Virus record (IMG/VR): IMGVR_UViG_3300045988_133151
Location: 1 to 38,620 of that record
Origin: a virus
Length of the DNA stretch: 38,620 bases
Strand: one strand, 5' to 3'
The notes beneath the pieces are model-generated. The model did no database searches. It worked only from the letters and a program-made list of their open reading frames with translations, and had not been told where the DNA came from. Below are positions 24,243 through 32,847 of this stretch, in pieces. Within the stretch, counting starts at the first letter, position 1; every line of letters starts with the position of its first letter. Position numbers and translations under genes: made by a program.

Positions 24243-25891
24243 GATATAATTCCATATTAAAGGAATTTAATCCCAACACTTTTTTGACCGATTATCTGCA
24301 AGCAAAAGGCATCCAGGGTGGAGAGATTGAAGAATTTCTCCACCCTGACGAAAAAGTGTTGGATAATCCTTTTGATTATAAGAATATGAGTAAAGCTGTT
24401 GAAGAGTTATCTATTCTAAAACAAAAAAATGATATGTGGGGAACGAAGAAAGTTGGCGTCTTAATTGACTGTGATGTTGACGGCATTATGTCGGCGTCAA
24501 TCATTTCTGATTTTGTTCTAAAGTTAGGAATTAAACCAGAAAATCTTTATCTTTATGCTCATAACAAAAAAGCGCATGGTCTTGGCGCAGAGGGAGACAA
24601 TCTTTGTGAAAAGATGACTCAAGATGAACTTGACCTTGTTTTCACTCCTGATAGCAGTAGTAATGACATTGGTGAACTTAAATTTTTAACAGAGCAGTCT
24701 ATTTCTGTTATTGTACTTGACCACCATGAAGTTGAAACAGAGAGTAGCTGGGGAATTACAGTTAATCATCATCTGTCAGAAGGATTGAATAAATCTCTTT
24801 CTGGCGCAGGTGTGACAGATAAATTTGTTCGAGCTTTTTGCGAAAAAGAACAGCTTGAATATCCTGGTTATGAAGATTTTGTAGCAATTAGTCTAGTAAG
24901 TGATGTTTGTAACCTTCGGGTATTAGAAAATAGATGGTATATTGAAAAGGGACTAAAAAATATCAAACATCCTGCACTTAAAATGATAGTAGATAAATTC
25001 TGTCGCTATGGTGTCAGCCCAAAAGGACTGAGCTTTGGCTGCATTCCCCCTATGAACGCTCTTACACGGCTTTCAGGCACTCTGGAAACGATTGAACTTG
25101 TTAAAGCTATCATCGGTATTGGGAATATGGAACAAGCCCTTAAAATGCTTTCTAAGGCGCACAGAACGCAAAAGAAGACAGTTAAAGATATGACTGACGA
25201 ATTGCAACCTAATATGGATAATACACACAAGGTTGCTGTAGGTTTTGCGGATGATGAAAACAGAAATTATATTGGGCTTGTTGCTAATAAAATTCGCTAC
25301 CATTTAAACAAGCCTACATTCGTTCTGAGAGACGCAGGAGTGTCTTATACAGGGTCTTTGAGAAGTCCGATAGATTTGTTGGATATACTCAATGAAAGTG
25401 GTCTAGCGGTTTGTCAAGGGCATCAGAGGGCATGTGGAATTACCTTTAAGAAGGAAAACTATGACCAAGTTATTGACTTGATGGATAGTATGGATTTAGA
25501 TGTAGACCCACCTATTGACGTTGCCACAAAAGCAAAGTTAAGCGACCTAGATATTGATGTAGCACAGTTAATTGAAGATAATGCTTTACTTTGGGGCGAA
25601 GGTGTAGAGTTGCCTACATTTTACACTGAAGTAAAGCTAAATAAAGATGATGTTCATGTCTATAAGAAAAGAGCAACATTTATTAGAATAACCAGTGGAG
25701 ACGCTGTAATGATACTGCCTTTCGCTTCTACTCTGGATGAAACAAAACTAACTGAATATAGTGAATTTACTTTACAAGCTGTTGTAGAACTTGAAGTAAA
25801 TGAATATAATGGTTATGTAAATCCTCAATGTAAGATTATTCAATATGAGGTTGTTCCTGTAGAAACAAAAGAATTTAAGCATTTATGGTAA
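24236..25891 (+). CDS. RecJ-like DHH-family ssDNA exonuclease (551 aa), apparent TTG start
   Basis: DHH motif I is VLIDCDVDG, motif III is VIVLDHHEVE, and a DHHA1-like C-terminal region is present. The first in-frame ATG is far downstream, and the TTG at 24236 follows a purine-rich gagaggga. Confidence 0.7.
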   Translation: MLRYNSILKEFNPNTFLTDYLQAKGIQGGEIEEFLHPDEKVLDNPFDYKNMSKAVEELSILKQKNDMWGTKKVGVLIDCDVDGIMSASIISDFVLKLGIKPENLYLYAHNKKAHGLGAEGDNLCEKMTQDELDLVFTPDSSSNDIGELKFLTEQSISVIVLDHHEVETESSWGITVNHHLSEGLNKSLSGAGVTDKFVRAFCEKEQLEYPGYEDFVAISLVSDVCNLRVLENRWYIEKGLKNIKHPALKMIVDKFCRYGVSPKGLSFGCIPPMNALTRLSGTLETIELVKAIIGIGNMEQALKMLSKAHRTQKKTVKDMTDELQPNMDNTHKVAVGFADDENRNYIGLVANKIRYHLNKPTFVLRDAGVSYTGSLRSPIDLLDILNESGLAVCQGHQRACGITFKKENYDQVIDLMDSMDLDVDPPIDVATKAKLSDLDIDVAQLIEDNALLWGEGVELPTFYTEVKLNKDDVHVYKKRATFIRITSGDAVMILPFASTLDETKLTEYSEFTLQAVVELEVNEYNGYVNPQCKIIQYEVVPVETKEFKHLW

Positions 25892-25907
25892 AAAAGGAGA
25901 AGAAAAA

Positions 25908-26081
25908 ATGCGTATTAGAATGATGATTGACCTTGAAACGCCCCAGACAGAAGAAGAAATCAAGCAAGTTTATGCCAAGATTGAAGATTATGAAGCAAAG
26001 CTTGAACAGGCTTTTATTGAAGGATGGAAAGACGAAGGAGCAAAGATTACAAATATCAAGGCAAAGGCCGTGACAAAGTAA
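25908..26081 (+). CDS. Small hypothetical protein (57 aa), helical/acidic
   Basis: The RBS aaaggagaag precedes the ATG. It falls below the track cutoff and was read manually. Its stop overlaps the next start (TAATG). Confidence 0.35.
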   Translation: MRIRMMIDLETPQTEEEIKQVYAKIEDYEAKLEQAFIEGWKDEGAKITNIKAKAVTK

Positions 26082-26548
26082 TGAGTAACAATCAAAAAAA
26101 TATTGATTTTGTATATATCAATGCTGGAAAAGCTTGTTACACATTAAATAAATATCTTAATAAATGGTTAAATCAAACAGATTTAATCTCTGATGAAGAT
26201 GAATATTTTTTACGAAAGATTGTAAAAATTTGTTCTGACGTGTCGCAACTAGGGTGCAACACTTTTGGACGGCCTCTTTGTACAGACCCTATTTACTACA
26301 TGACTGATGGAGAAGCAATAAGAACTAAGTTTGAAGATATTATATCTAAGCTAATTGATGTTGGTATTATTGGTGAACAGTATGAATACAATGAATTAAA
26401 AATAGTTGATGATGTATTAGTAAGTATTTGGATAGCTAATGCTATTACAACTTTTAATCCCGTACCTTCGGACAAAGAATGGTTTTGGCGTTTCAAATGT
26501 GAACCAAAGGAGTCCGCTAAAGTGAAGGTAGAAGCAAATGAGATTTAA
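26081..26548 (+). CDS. Hypothetical protein (155 aa)
   Basis: Translationally coupled to the upstream small ORF. The track start at 26024 lies inside the upstream gene. Confidence 0.5.
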   Translation: MSNNQKNIDFVYINAGKACYTLNKYLNKWLNQTDLISDEDEYFLRKIVKICSDVSQLGCNTFGRPLCTDPIYYMTDGEAIRTKFEDIISKLIDVGIIGEQYEYNELKIVDDVLVSIWIANAITTFNPVPSDKEWFWRFKCEPKESAKVKVEANEI

Positions 26549-26966
26549 AGAATTGTTTCTTTTTTGGTTTGGCGGCAGTTTTTATGTAACTTTAGAAGTT
26601 TTCTATCGAGGTTATAGTCATATTTCAATGTTCATTCTTGCAGGAGTTGTTTTTAGTCTTGTTGGCCTTTTGAACGAAGTTTTTCCTTGGGAATTTGATT
26701 TAGTCTGGCAAGATATAATCGGTACTGGTGTTGCTTTAATTGGTGAATACTTTACTGGTATGTTAGTCAATGTTAAGTTAGGATTAAATGTTTGGGACTA
26801 TTCCAATGAATTTCTAAACTTAAATGGACAAATATGTTTGAAATTTGGCTTAATTTGGATTCCTCTGATTCTATTGGCTATTGTAGTGGATGATATTATC
26901 CGATGGCGTTTTTATGGAGAAGAGCGGCCCAGATATTATTTATTTGGTAAAATGATAAAAATTTAA
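26538..26966 (+). CDS. Polytopic membrane protein (142 aa, ~4 TM helices) with a conserved-looking VWDYS...N segment
   Basis: Clear hydrophobic helices. It may resemble the DUF1113/PF06541-type small membrane proteins; this is recalled from memory, not verified. Confidence 0.5.
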   Translation: MRFKELFLFWFGGSFYVTLEVFYRGYSHISMFILAGVVFSLVGLLNEVFPWEFDLVWQDIIGTGVALIGEYFTGMLVNVKLGLNVWDYSNEFLNLNGQICLKFGLIWIPLILLAIVVDDIIRWRFYGEERPRYYLFGKMIKI

Positions 26967-26974
26967 ATAAAACT

Positions 26975-27002
26975 TGACAAACCTTCTGTCTTGTGGTACA
27001 AT
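26975..27002 (+). promoter_or_regulatory. Promoter TTGACA-N16-TGgTACAAT
   Basis: -35 at 26975-26980 and extended -10 at 26994-27002. Confidence 0.5.
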
Positions 27003-27030
27003 AAATGTATCGAAGATAGGAGGTTTTGTT

Positions 27031-27270
27031 ATGCTGGTTTATAGGTTTGCTCCAATTAGTGGGCTATTTCATAAATGCAGTCGTTGTAAAAACAAAAAGA
27101 GCAACTGGAAACGACTTTACCGCAGTTGTTTCGATGAAACATACGTCTGGCTTTGCAGTAATTGTGTAAAATCTCTTTCAGCAAGAGCGCCTATTACACC
27201 AACTATAGAAGCTTTAAGTGTTTCATGCAAATTAGATGAACAGATTGGTATCTTTGTTAAAATTGTTTGA
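27031..27270 (+). CDS. Small zinc-ribbon protein (79 aa), paralog of 27279..27509
   Basis: CSRCKNKKSNWKRLYRSCFDETYVWLCSNC aligns with CDVCKCRPKWRLYFNNEKTDFVFLCEEC. The RBS taggagg lies 7 nt before the ATG. Confidence 0.45.
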   Translation: MLVYRFAPISGLFHKCSRCKNKKSNWKRLYRSCFDETYVWLCSNCVKSLSARAPITPTIEALSVSCKLDEQIGIFVKIV

Positions 27271-27278
27271 GGTGAATA

Positions 27279-27509
27279 ATGTTAATATATAAAAGACTAA
27301 AATTATTTGAATCCTTTGGAAAAACTTGTGATGTATGTAAGTGTAGACCTAAATGGCGATTATATTTCAATAATGAAAAAACTGATTTTGTTTTCCTTTG
27401 CGAAGAATGTCTTCGTACACAACAAGGCAAGCGAGTTCCGCCAGAAGATATGCAGGAATTTGTTTTAAAAGTTAAAACGGTAGGTATGGGAATATTTGAG
27501 GTAGTATAA
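27279..27509 (+). CDS. Small zinc-ribbon protein (76 aa)
   Basis: See the previous feature. The RBS gaggtga precedes the ATG. Confidence 0.45.
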   Translation: MLIYKRLKLFESFGKTCDVCKCRPKWRLYFNNEKTDFVFLCEECLRTQQGKRVPPEDMQEFVLKVKTVGMGIFEVV

Positions 27510-27982
27510 TGAGTGAATTTATTGAATTTAACACATATCAAGAAGAATTAAAACGATGTACCAAATGCAATAGACGAATTGCTAGGTTTAAGGATATAGA
27601 TGGTAAATGTTATTGTACACAATGTGCAGACAAAGACCCTACGTTATTTGGAAAATGTTATTATGGTAATAATAGAGAAGATTTATATACTATTGCGCGA
27701 CATGAGTGTAGAGACAGTACAGCAAAAGGCGAAGAATTGTTGGATTACAGACAAGAAATAAGATATTGCGACCCAAAAAAATTCTTTCGTTATCATTGTG
27801 AACTACCAGAAAGAGGATGGTATATTGTAGAACATAAATTCGACTGGGATTGGGGTTCTGAGTGGGATGAAGGAATACTGGAAGTAAATTACTGCCCTTT
27901 TTGTGGCAAAAAATTGGAGGTTCTTAATGAAAACAGAGATAGCAAAAGAAATGTTGAGAATAGTCCAAACAAGATTGAATAA
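27509..27982 (+). CDS. Zinc-ribbon protein (157 aa; CTKCNRR...CTQC; CPFCGKK)
   Basis: The RBS gaggtag precedes the ATG. There are two CxxC pairs plus a C-terminal CxxC. Confidence 0.5.
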   Translation: MSEFIEFNTYQEELKRCTKCNRRIARFKDIDGKCYCTQCADKDPTLFGKCYYGNNREDLYTIARHECRDSTAKGEELLDYRQEIRYCDPKKFFRYHCELPERGWYIVEHKFDWDWGSEWDEGILEVNYCPFCGKKLEVLNENRDSKRNVENSPNKIE

Positions 27983-28130
27983 TCGTGGAGTATTAAAGCC
28001 TATTGAATATAAAACACTAGAAATTTGTTGTGGGATTTTGAACGGTTATGCTATTGTAGAAAAGTGTGATGAGTTAGTTAGACAAGGAGAAAATGATGAT
28101 TGGTGGGGTGAGGAGGATGAAGAATGGTAG
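27927..28130 (+). CDS. Small hypothetical acidic protein (67 aa)
   Basis: The ATG at 27927 lies 6 nt after ggagg. The gene overlaps the previous gene's 3' end out of frame. Confidence 0.35.
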   Translation: MKTEIAKEMLRIVQTRLNNRGVLKPIEYKTLEICCGILNGYAIVEKCDELVRQGENDDWWGEEDEEW

Positions 28131-31100
28131 ATACTTATTTTTCACCACACAACCATAGTGATTATAGTAATCCAAGTTTAGGTTTTAGTGATTCTATTTG
28201 TAAAGTGAGTGGCTTGATTCAAAGAGCTTATGATATTGGTTTACAAGGTGTTACTATCACTGACCATGAATCACTTTCTTCTTTTATTGAAGCATTAAAT
28301 TATTATGAGTCAATGGAGCAAACTAGACCTTTTACTTTAGCTCTGGGCAATGAAATTTATCTTTTAACTGAAGAAGAGTATAAAGAAAATCGTTATAATA
28401 ATGGTACGATTCCTTATTTTCATTTCATTCTTATAGCAAAAGATGATGAAGGTTATCGACAACTTTGTAAATTATCCACAAGAGCTTGGGAACGAGCTTA
28501 TATGAAAGGTTGTTGGCGTAGACCAACTTTAATGGAAGACTTGGTTGAAATAATCCAACCAAACCAAGGTCATGTGTTTGGACTGAGCGCCTGTTTAGGC
28601 TCTCGTATTGACAAAATGCTTCTCGATAAAAACAAAGCATTATTTGAAAAAACTGGGCACTTGGCACAGATTCAACAGATTTTTGGTAAGGGTAATTTCT
28701 ATTTAGAAGTACAACCTTCAGAAATAAAAGGAAATGAACAAAGTATTGTCAATACAATGCTTATGAAAATAGCTAAACAACTGGAATTGCCTATTGTTGT
28801 CAGTACAGACAGTCATTATTTAAAAAAAGATGATGCTATTATCCACGAAGTTTTTTTAAAAAGTCAAGACGGTGAAAGAGAAGTAAGTGATTTTTACGCC
28901 ACTGCCTACATGATGGAACCATCTGATTTGCGAGAACATCTACAACACGAATTTAATGATGAAGAAATTGACTTTTTAATGTCAAATACAATAGAGTTAG
29001 GTCAACGCATAGGTAAATATAGTTTTAAACATAAACCAATTATTCCTGAAATTCCTGAAGAAAAAATTCCTGATTTTAAAACCCAACATACTTTTAAACA
29101 ATATTATTCTGAGTATGAATATTTTGGTTATTATGCTAAAGAAAATTTAGATATACATGAGCGTTATTTCTTTTACCAAATTGAGCAGGGGCTAAAGCAA
29201 AAAGTTGTATTGAAACACAAGGACGTAAAGACCTATGTTGACCGGCTTAATACTGAATGGAGAGAACTAAAGTTAATTAGTGATGAATTAAATGGTTTCA
29301 TGGTAGCATATTACTCAACTATGAGTAAAATAGTAGACCTTATGTGGGAAGCTAACAGTATAGTAGGCCCAGGAAGAGGTTCTTCTTCTGCTTTTTTAAC
29401 TTGCTATTTATTAGACATTACAGCTATAGACCCCGTTCCATTAGGCGATTATATGCCTTATTGGAGACATCTTAGTGCAGAAAGAAAAGCGGAACTTCCT
29501 GATATTGACACTGATTCAGAACCCAGTAAAAAATACGCTATTATAGAAGAAGTCAAAAAGTTTTTTGGAGAAGATAAAGTATTAAATGTTGCTACTTTTT
29601 CTTCAATTTCATCAAAAATAGCTATTGAAAAGGCTTGTCGTGGTTTAGGGATTGATGATACGACTGCGGCATATTTAAAATCTTTGATTCCTGTTAATAG
29701 AGGCAAAATTGCTAAACTTAAAGATTGTTTATACGGTAGTGATAAAACACCTGTAGTTCACGCTCTCGTCGAAGAAATAAAAAAATATCCTAATCTTGAA
29801 AAATGTGCTTTGGGATTGTGCGACATTATTTCTCAAAAAGGACTACATGCCGCAGGTCTTACGGTCAGCAATAAGCCATATACAGAATATTGTAGCATGA
29901 TGAGAGCGCCCAACGGAACCCCTTGCACTTGCTACAATCTTTGGGACGCAGAGGCAGTAAGTTTAGTTAAATTTGATTTGTTGACGGTTGATGCTCTTCA
30001 AAAAGTTCATGGTGCATTAGACGCTATGGCAAATGATGGAACCATTGAATGGCAGGGCAATCTTCGAGACACATACAACAAATATATTCACCCAGACGTT
30101 ATTGATTATGACACACCTGAGATGTGGGATTGTATCAATAAAATGTATTCTATATTTCAGTGGGCCACACCTTTGTCTGTCGCGGCACTAAAGCAAATTC
30201 AGCCAACAACTTTGTCAGAACTTTCAGCAGGAAATAGCCTAATTAGACTTATGCCAGATGGAGACGGTGAAACACCTCTTGATACCTATGTTCGCTATAA
30301 AAATCATCCTGAACAATGGAGCGTAGAAGCTTCTGCGTATGGGCTTAATGAAGAAGAAAAATCAATCATAGCCAAATATACCAAAGATGCTCATTATCTT
30401 GCAGATTGTCAAGAAAAGCTTATGCGACTTTCTATGGATGAGCATGTTGCTGGTTATACTCTAAAAGAAAGCAATCAACTTCGCAAAAGTGTAGCTAAGA
30501 AAGATGAAGCTTTGCAAGAAAAAGCCAAGCAACAATTTTATGAATACGGAAAAAAGCAAGGCACTAGACAAGTAATGCTTGATTATGTTTGGAATGTACT
30601 GTTTAGTAAATCATTTGGATATTCTTTTTCAAGCATCCACAGTTGGGCTTATTCAATGATTGCTCTTCAGGAACTAAACATTTTTTATCATTACGGTGCT
30701 ATATATTGGAACATTGGTTGTTTGCTTACAGAAACAAGTGACGAAGGGTCTGGTTCTGGTGCAGATTACGGTAAGATAGCAAAAGCAATTTATAAAATGC
30801 TTGCATTTGGTGTAAATATTGTATCTCCTAATGTTAATGAGTCTAAAGATAACTTTACTCCAAACGCAAAGGAGAATACTATTTATTACGGATTAGCTAC
30901 AATTTCTGGAATTAACTCTCAGATAGCAAATCAAATCATTTCTATGCGGCCTTATGATTCATTTTTAGATTTTTATCGCAAAAATACATTTCCTGGTTCT
31001 CTAGTTACAAAGTCTAAAATTATTCAACTAATCAAAGCCGGATGTTTTGATTGTTTTAACACAAATAGAATTAAAGTGATGCAAGAATATTTTTGTTTAT

Positions 31101-32008
31101 CTACGCCACAAAAAACAAAGCTTACAACATCTAATCTGCCTGAGATGATTAAAATTGGTGTTGAAATTCCAGAAGAACTTATCAAACCTTATAATTTTAA
31201 GAAGTATGTTTGTCAAAAGCAATTCTTTTACAGTATACATCCTTTGTCTAAATCTAAAAAATTATATAAAGTAGACACTACTGTAATGTCATATTGTGAG
31301 GAATATTTTATATCCGTAATGAAAGAAGGAGCAGATTATTGGTTTGTTGATAGCGAGGTTGTTATTTGCGACAAATCTATTGACAAATGCTTTAAACTTG
31401 TTTTTAATATGTTAAAATCTTGGCTACAAAGACCTGAAACAATCAAAGAATATAACAAAAAGGCTATCATTGCTGCGTACAACACATTAGATTGCGTAGA
31501 TGTAGATAGATGGGCAATGCAATCTACGAGTTATTATCATAACAACGGACATGAATTAAAGAATTTAGATTTTAAGCGTTATGGTATTAGTAGATTTTCT
31601 GACCTTTCAGAAGAACCAGTATTTGTTGAAAAAAACTTTGGACAGCGTTCTTGGCGGCAATATGAAATCAGCGCCATAGCTGGAACATTGATTGCTAAAG
31701 ACGATACTAAGCATATAATTACTTTGCTAACTACTGATTATGATGTAGTAAACTGTAAACTTACTAGAGAAGCCTATGCTCATTATAAACGAGTGATTAG
31801 TTCTGGTAGTGGAAAAGATAAAGTAGTGTATGATGATGCTTGGATTCAAAGAGGGTCTTTGCTGATTGTTTGTGGCTATCGAAATGGTGATGATTTCAGG
31901 TGCAAGAAATACAAAAACAGTGTATATGACCATCAAATGATATTGATTAAACATGTATATAAAGATGGGAGTGCAGACTTACAGACAGAAAGGGTGTTGA
32001 TGGAATAA
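28124..32008 (+). CDS. dnaE: DNA polymerase III alpha subunit, DnaE-type (1294 aa), with an N-terminal PHP domain
   Basis: The PHP motif YFSPHNHSDYS is present. The palm/fingers region GPGRGSSSAFLTCYLLDITAIDP corresponds to [23 protein letters not shown]. The length and domain order match DnaE. The RBS gaggagg lies 7 nt before the ATG. Confidence 0.9.
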   Translation: MVDTYFSPHNHSDYSNPSLGFSDSICKVSGLIQRAYDIGLQGVTITDHESLSSFIEALNYYESMEQTRPFTLALGNEIYLLTEEEYKENRYNNGTIPYFHFILIAKDDEGYRQLCKLSTRAWERAYMKGCWRRPTLMEDLVEIIQPNQGHVFGLSACLGSRIDKMLLDKNKALFEKTGHLAQIQQIFGKGNFYLEVQPSEIKGNEQSIVNTMLMKIAKQLELPIVVSTDSHYLKKDDAIIHEVFLKSQDGEREVSDFYATAYMMEPSDLREHLQHEFNDEEIDFLMSNTIELGQRIGKYSFKHKPIIPEIPEEKIPDFKTQHTFKQYYSEYEYFGYYAKENLDIHERYFFYQIEQGLKQKVVLKHKDVKTYVDRLNTEWRELKLISDELNGFMVAYYSTMSKIVDLMWEANSIVGPGRGSSSAFLTCYLLDITAIDPVPLGDYMPYWRHLSAERKAELPDIDTDSEPSKKYAIIEEVKKFFGEDKVLNVATFSSISSKIAIEKACRGLGIDDTTAAYLKSLIPVNRGKIAKLKDCLYGSDKTPVVHALVEEIKKYPNLEKCALGLCDIISQKGLHAAGLTVSNKPYTEYCSMMRAPNGTPCTCYNLWDAEAVSLVKFDLLTVDALQKVHGALDAMANDGTIEWQGNLRDTYNKYIHPDVIDYDTPEMWDCINKMYSIFQWATPLSVAALKQIQPTTLSELSAGNSLIRLMPDGDGETPLDTYVRYKNHPEQWSVEASAYGLNEEEKSIIAKYTKDAHYLADCQEKLMRLSMDEHVAGYTLKESNQLRKSVAKKDEALQEKAKQQFYEYGKKQGTRQVMLDYVWNVLFSKSFGYSFSSIHSWAYSMIALQELNIFYHYGAIYWNIGCLLTETSDEGSGSGADYGKIAKAIYKMLAFGVNIVSPNVNESKDNFTPNAKENTIYYGLATISGINSQIANQIISMRPYDSFLDFYRKNTFPGSLVTKSKIIQLIKAGCFDCFNTNRIKVMQEYFCLSTPQKTKLTTSNLPEMIKIGVEIPEELIKPYNFKKYVCQKQFFYSIHPLSKSKKLYKVDTTVMSYCEEYFISVMKEGADYWFVDSEVVICDKSIDKCFKLVFNMLKSWLQRPETIKEYNKKAIIAAYNTLDCVDVDRWAMQSTSYYHNNGHELKNLDFKRYGISRFSDLSEEPVFVEKNFGQRSWRQYEISAIAGTLIAKDDTKHIITLLTTDYDVVNCKLTREAYAHYKRVISSGSGKDKVVYDDAWIQRGSLLIVCGYRNGDDFRCKKYKNSVYDHQMILIKHVYKDGSADLQTERVLME

Positions 32009-32205
32009 TGAAATGTATTTGGTGTGGAAAAGAAGCTATAGGGATGCCCCTGGTTATGTTTGGACAAAGAGTGGGCGACACTTATATTTGTGCATCTTGT
32101 GGCTATCATTGGGATAATTACGGAAAGAGCTATTCTTCGGACTGGAAACCTGACAAAGAATCGTTATGGAGCAAAATAAAGAAATTTTTTAGAAAATTGA
32201 AATAA
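32008..32205 (+). CDS. Small zinc-ribbon protein (65 aa; CIWCGKE...CASCGYHW)
   Basis: ORF that abuts the dnaE stop (ATAATG). Confidence 0.45.
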   Translation: MKCIWCGKEAIGMPLVMFGQRVGDTYICASCGYHWDNYGKSYSSDWKPDKESLWSKIKKFFRKLK

Positions 32206-32208
32206 TAC

Positions 32209-32237
32209 TTGACAACCCCTTCTTCATGTGATATGAT
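32209..32237 (+). promoter_or_regulatory. Promoter TTGACA-N17-TGaTATGAT
   Basis: -35 at 32209-32214 and extended -10 at 32229-32237. Confidence 0.5.
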
Positions 32238-32267
32238 TGAGTCACAACAAAAGAAGGGGTTATTTTT

Positions 32268-32444
32268 ATGGAACATGAATTTTTAATCGCATGGGTAAAG
32301 GCGGTTTTTACGACGATTGGTATTGGTGCATTGCTAACTGCTTGTCTTGCTTTCAAACAAAAAACGATGCGTGACACAATAATTGGAGTAGGACTTCTGG
32401 TTGCAACAATTCTTTTATTTGTAGCAATCAATGTGGTACAGTAA
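32268..32444 (+). CDS. Small two-helix membrane protein (58 aa)
   Basis: The RBS aagaagggg precedes the ATG at 32268. It falls below the track cutoff and was read manually: MEHEFLIAWVKAVFTTIGIGALLTACLAFKQKTMRDTIIGVGLLVATILLFVAINVVQ. Confidence 0.4.
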   Translation: MEHEFLIAWVKAVFTTIGIGALLTACLAFKQKTMRDTIIGVGLLVATILLFVAINVVQ

Positions 32445-32457
32445 AGGGGGACTTAAA

Positions 32458-32847
32458 ATGCTTAATATTTTTATGATTTGCATATTTGTTTGTACACTTG
32501 TTATTATATTGATGATTTTGTTTATGATAGCTTTTCGTACAATTTTTGAAGAAAAAATAAAAAAGCTACGAGTTCCTAAAATCAAATTTAAAGATTTCAA
32601 GGTGTGGTTTTTGCTTTGTCCAGAGGCTTATGTTTTAAAAGACAACACCATACACCGTTTCGGTCTTGAAGATTTTCGTTTCAGTATCATTGATACCATT
32701 CGATACAAGTTTTGGAGAAAAAGAGAAAACTATCGTCATGCTAAAGAAAAAAATACGGAACAGATTCACATGCTCTTGTCATACGTCAAGCATGATATTG
32801 AAGAGTATGAAATTAAGACAAGAAAGGAGATTGAACGACTTGGATGA
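32458..32847 (+). CDS. Hypothetical protein with an N-terminal TM helix (129 aa)
   Basis: The ATG at 32458 lies 7 nt after aaaggggg. The track start at 32431 is an upstream extension. Confidence 0.5.
   Translation: MLNIFMICIFVCTLVIILMILFMIAFRTIFEEKIKKLRVPKIKFKDFKVWFLLCPEAYVLKDNTIHRFGLEDFRFSIIDTIRYKFWRKRENYRHAKEKNTEQIHMLLSYVKHDIEEYEIKTRKEIERLG

Noticed and set aside
32666-32839. ORF-track start of the helicase at 32666 (814 aa)
   Set aside because: It would overlap the preceding RBS-supported gene (32458-32847) by 180 nt with no RBS. A TTG at 32840 with a properly spaced gaaaggag is the better start.
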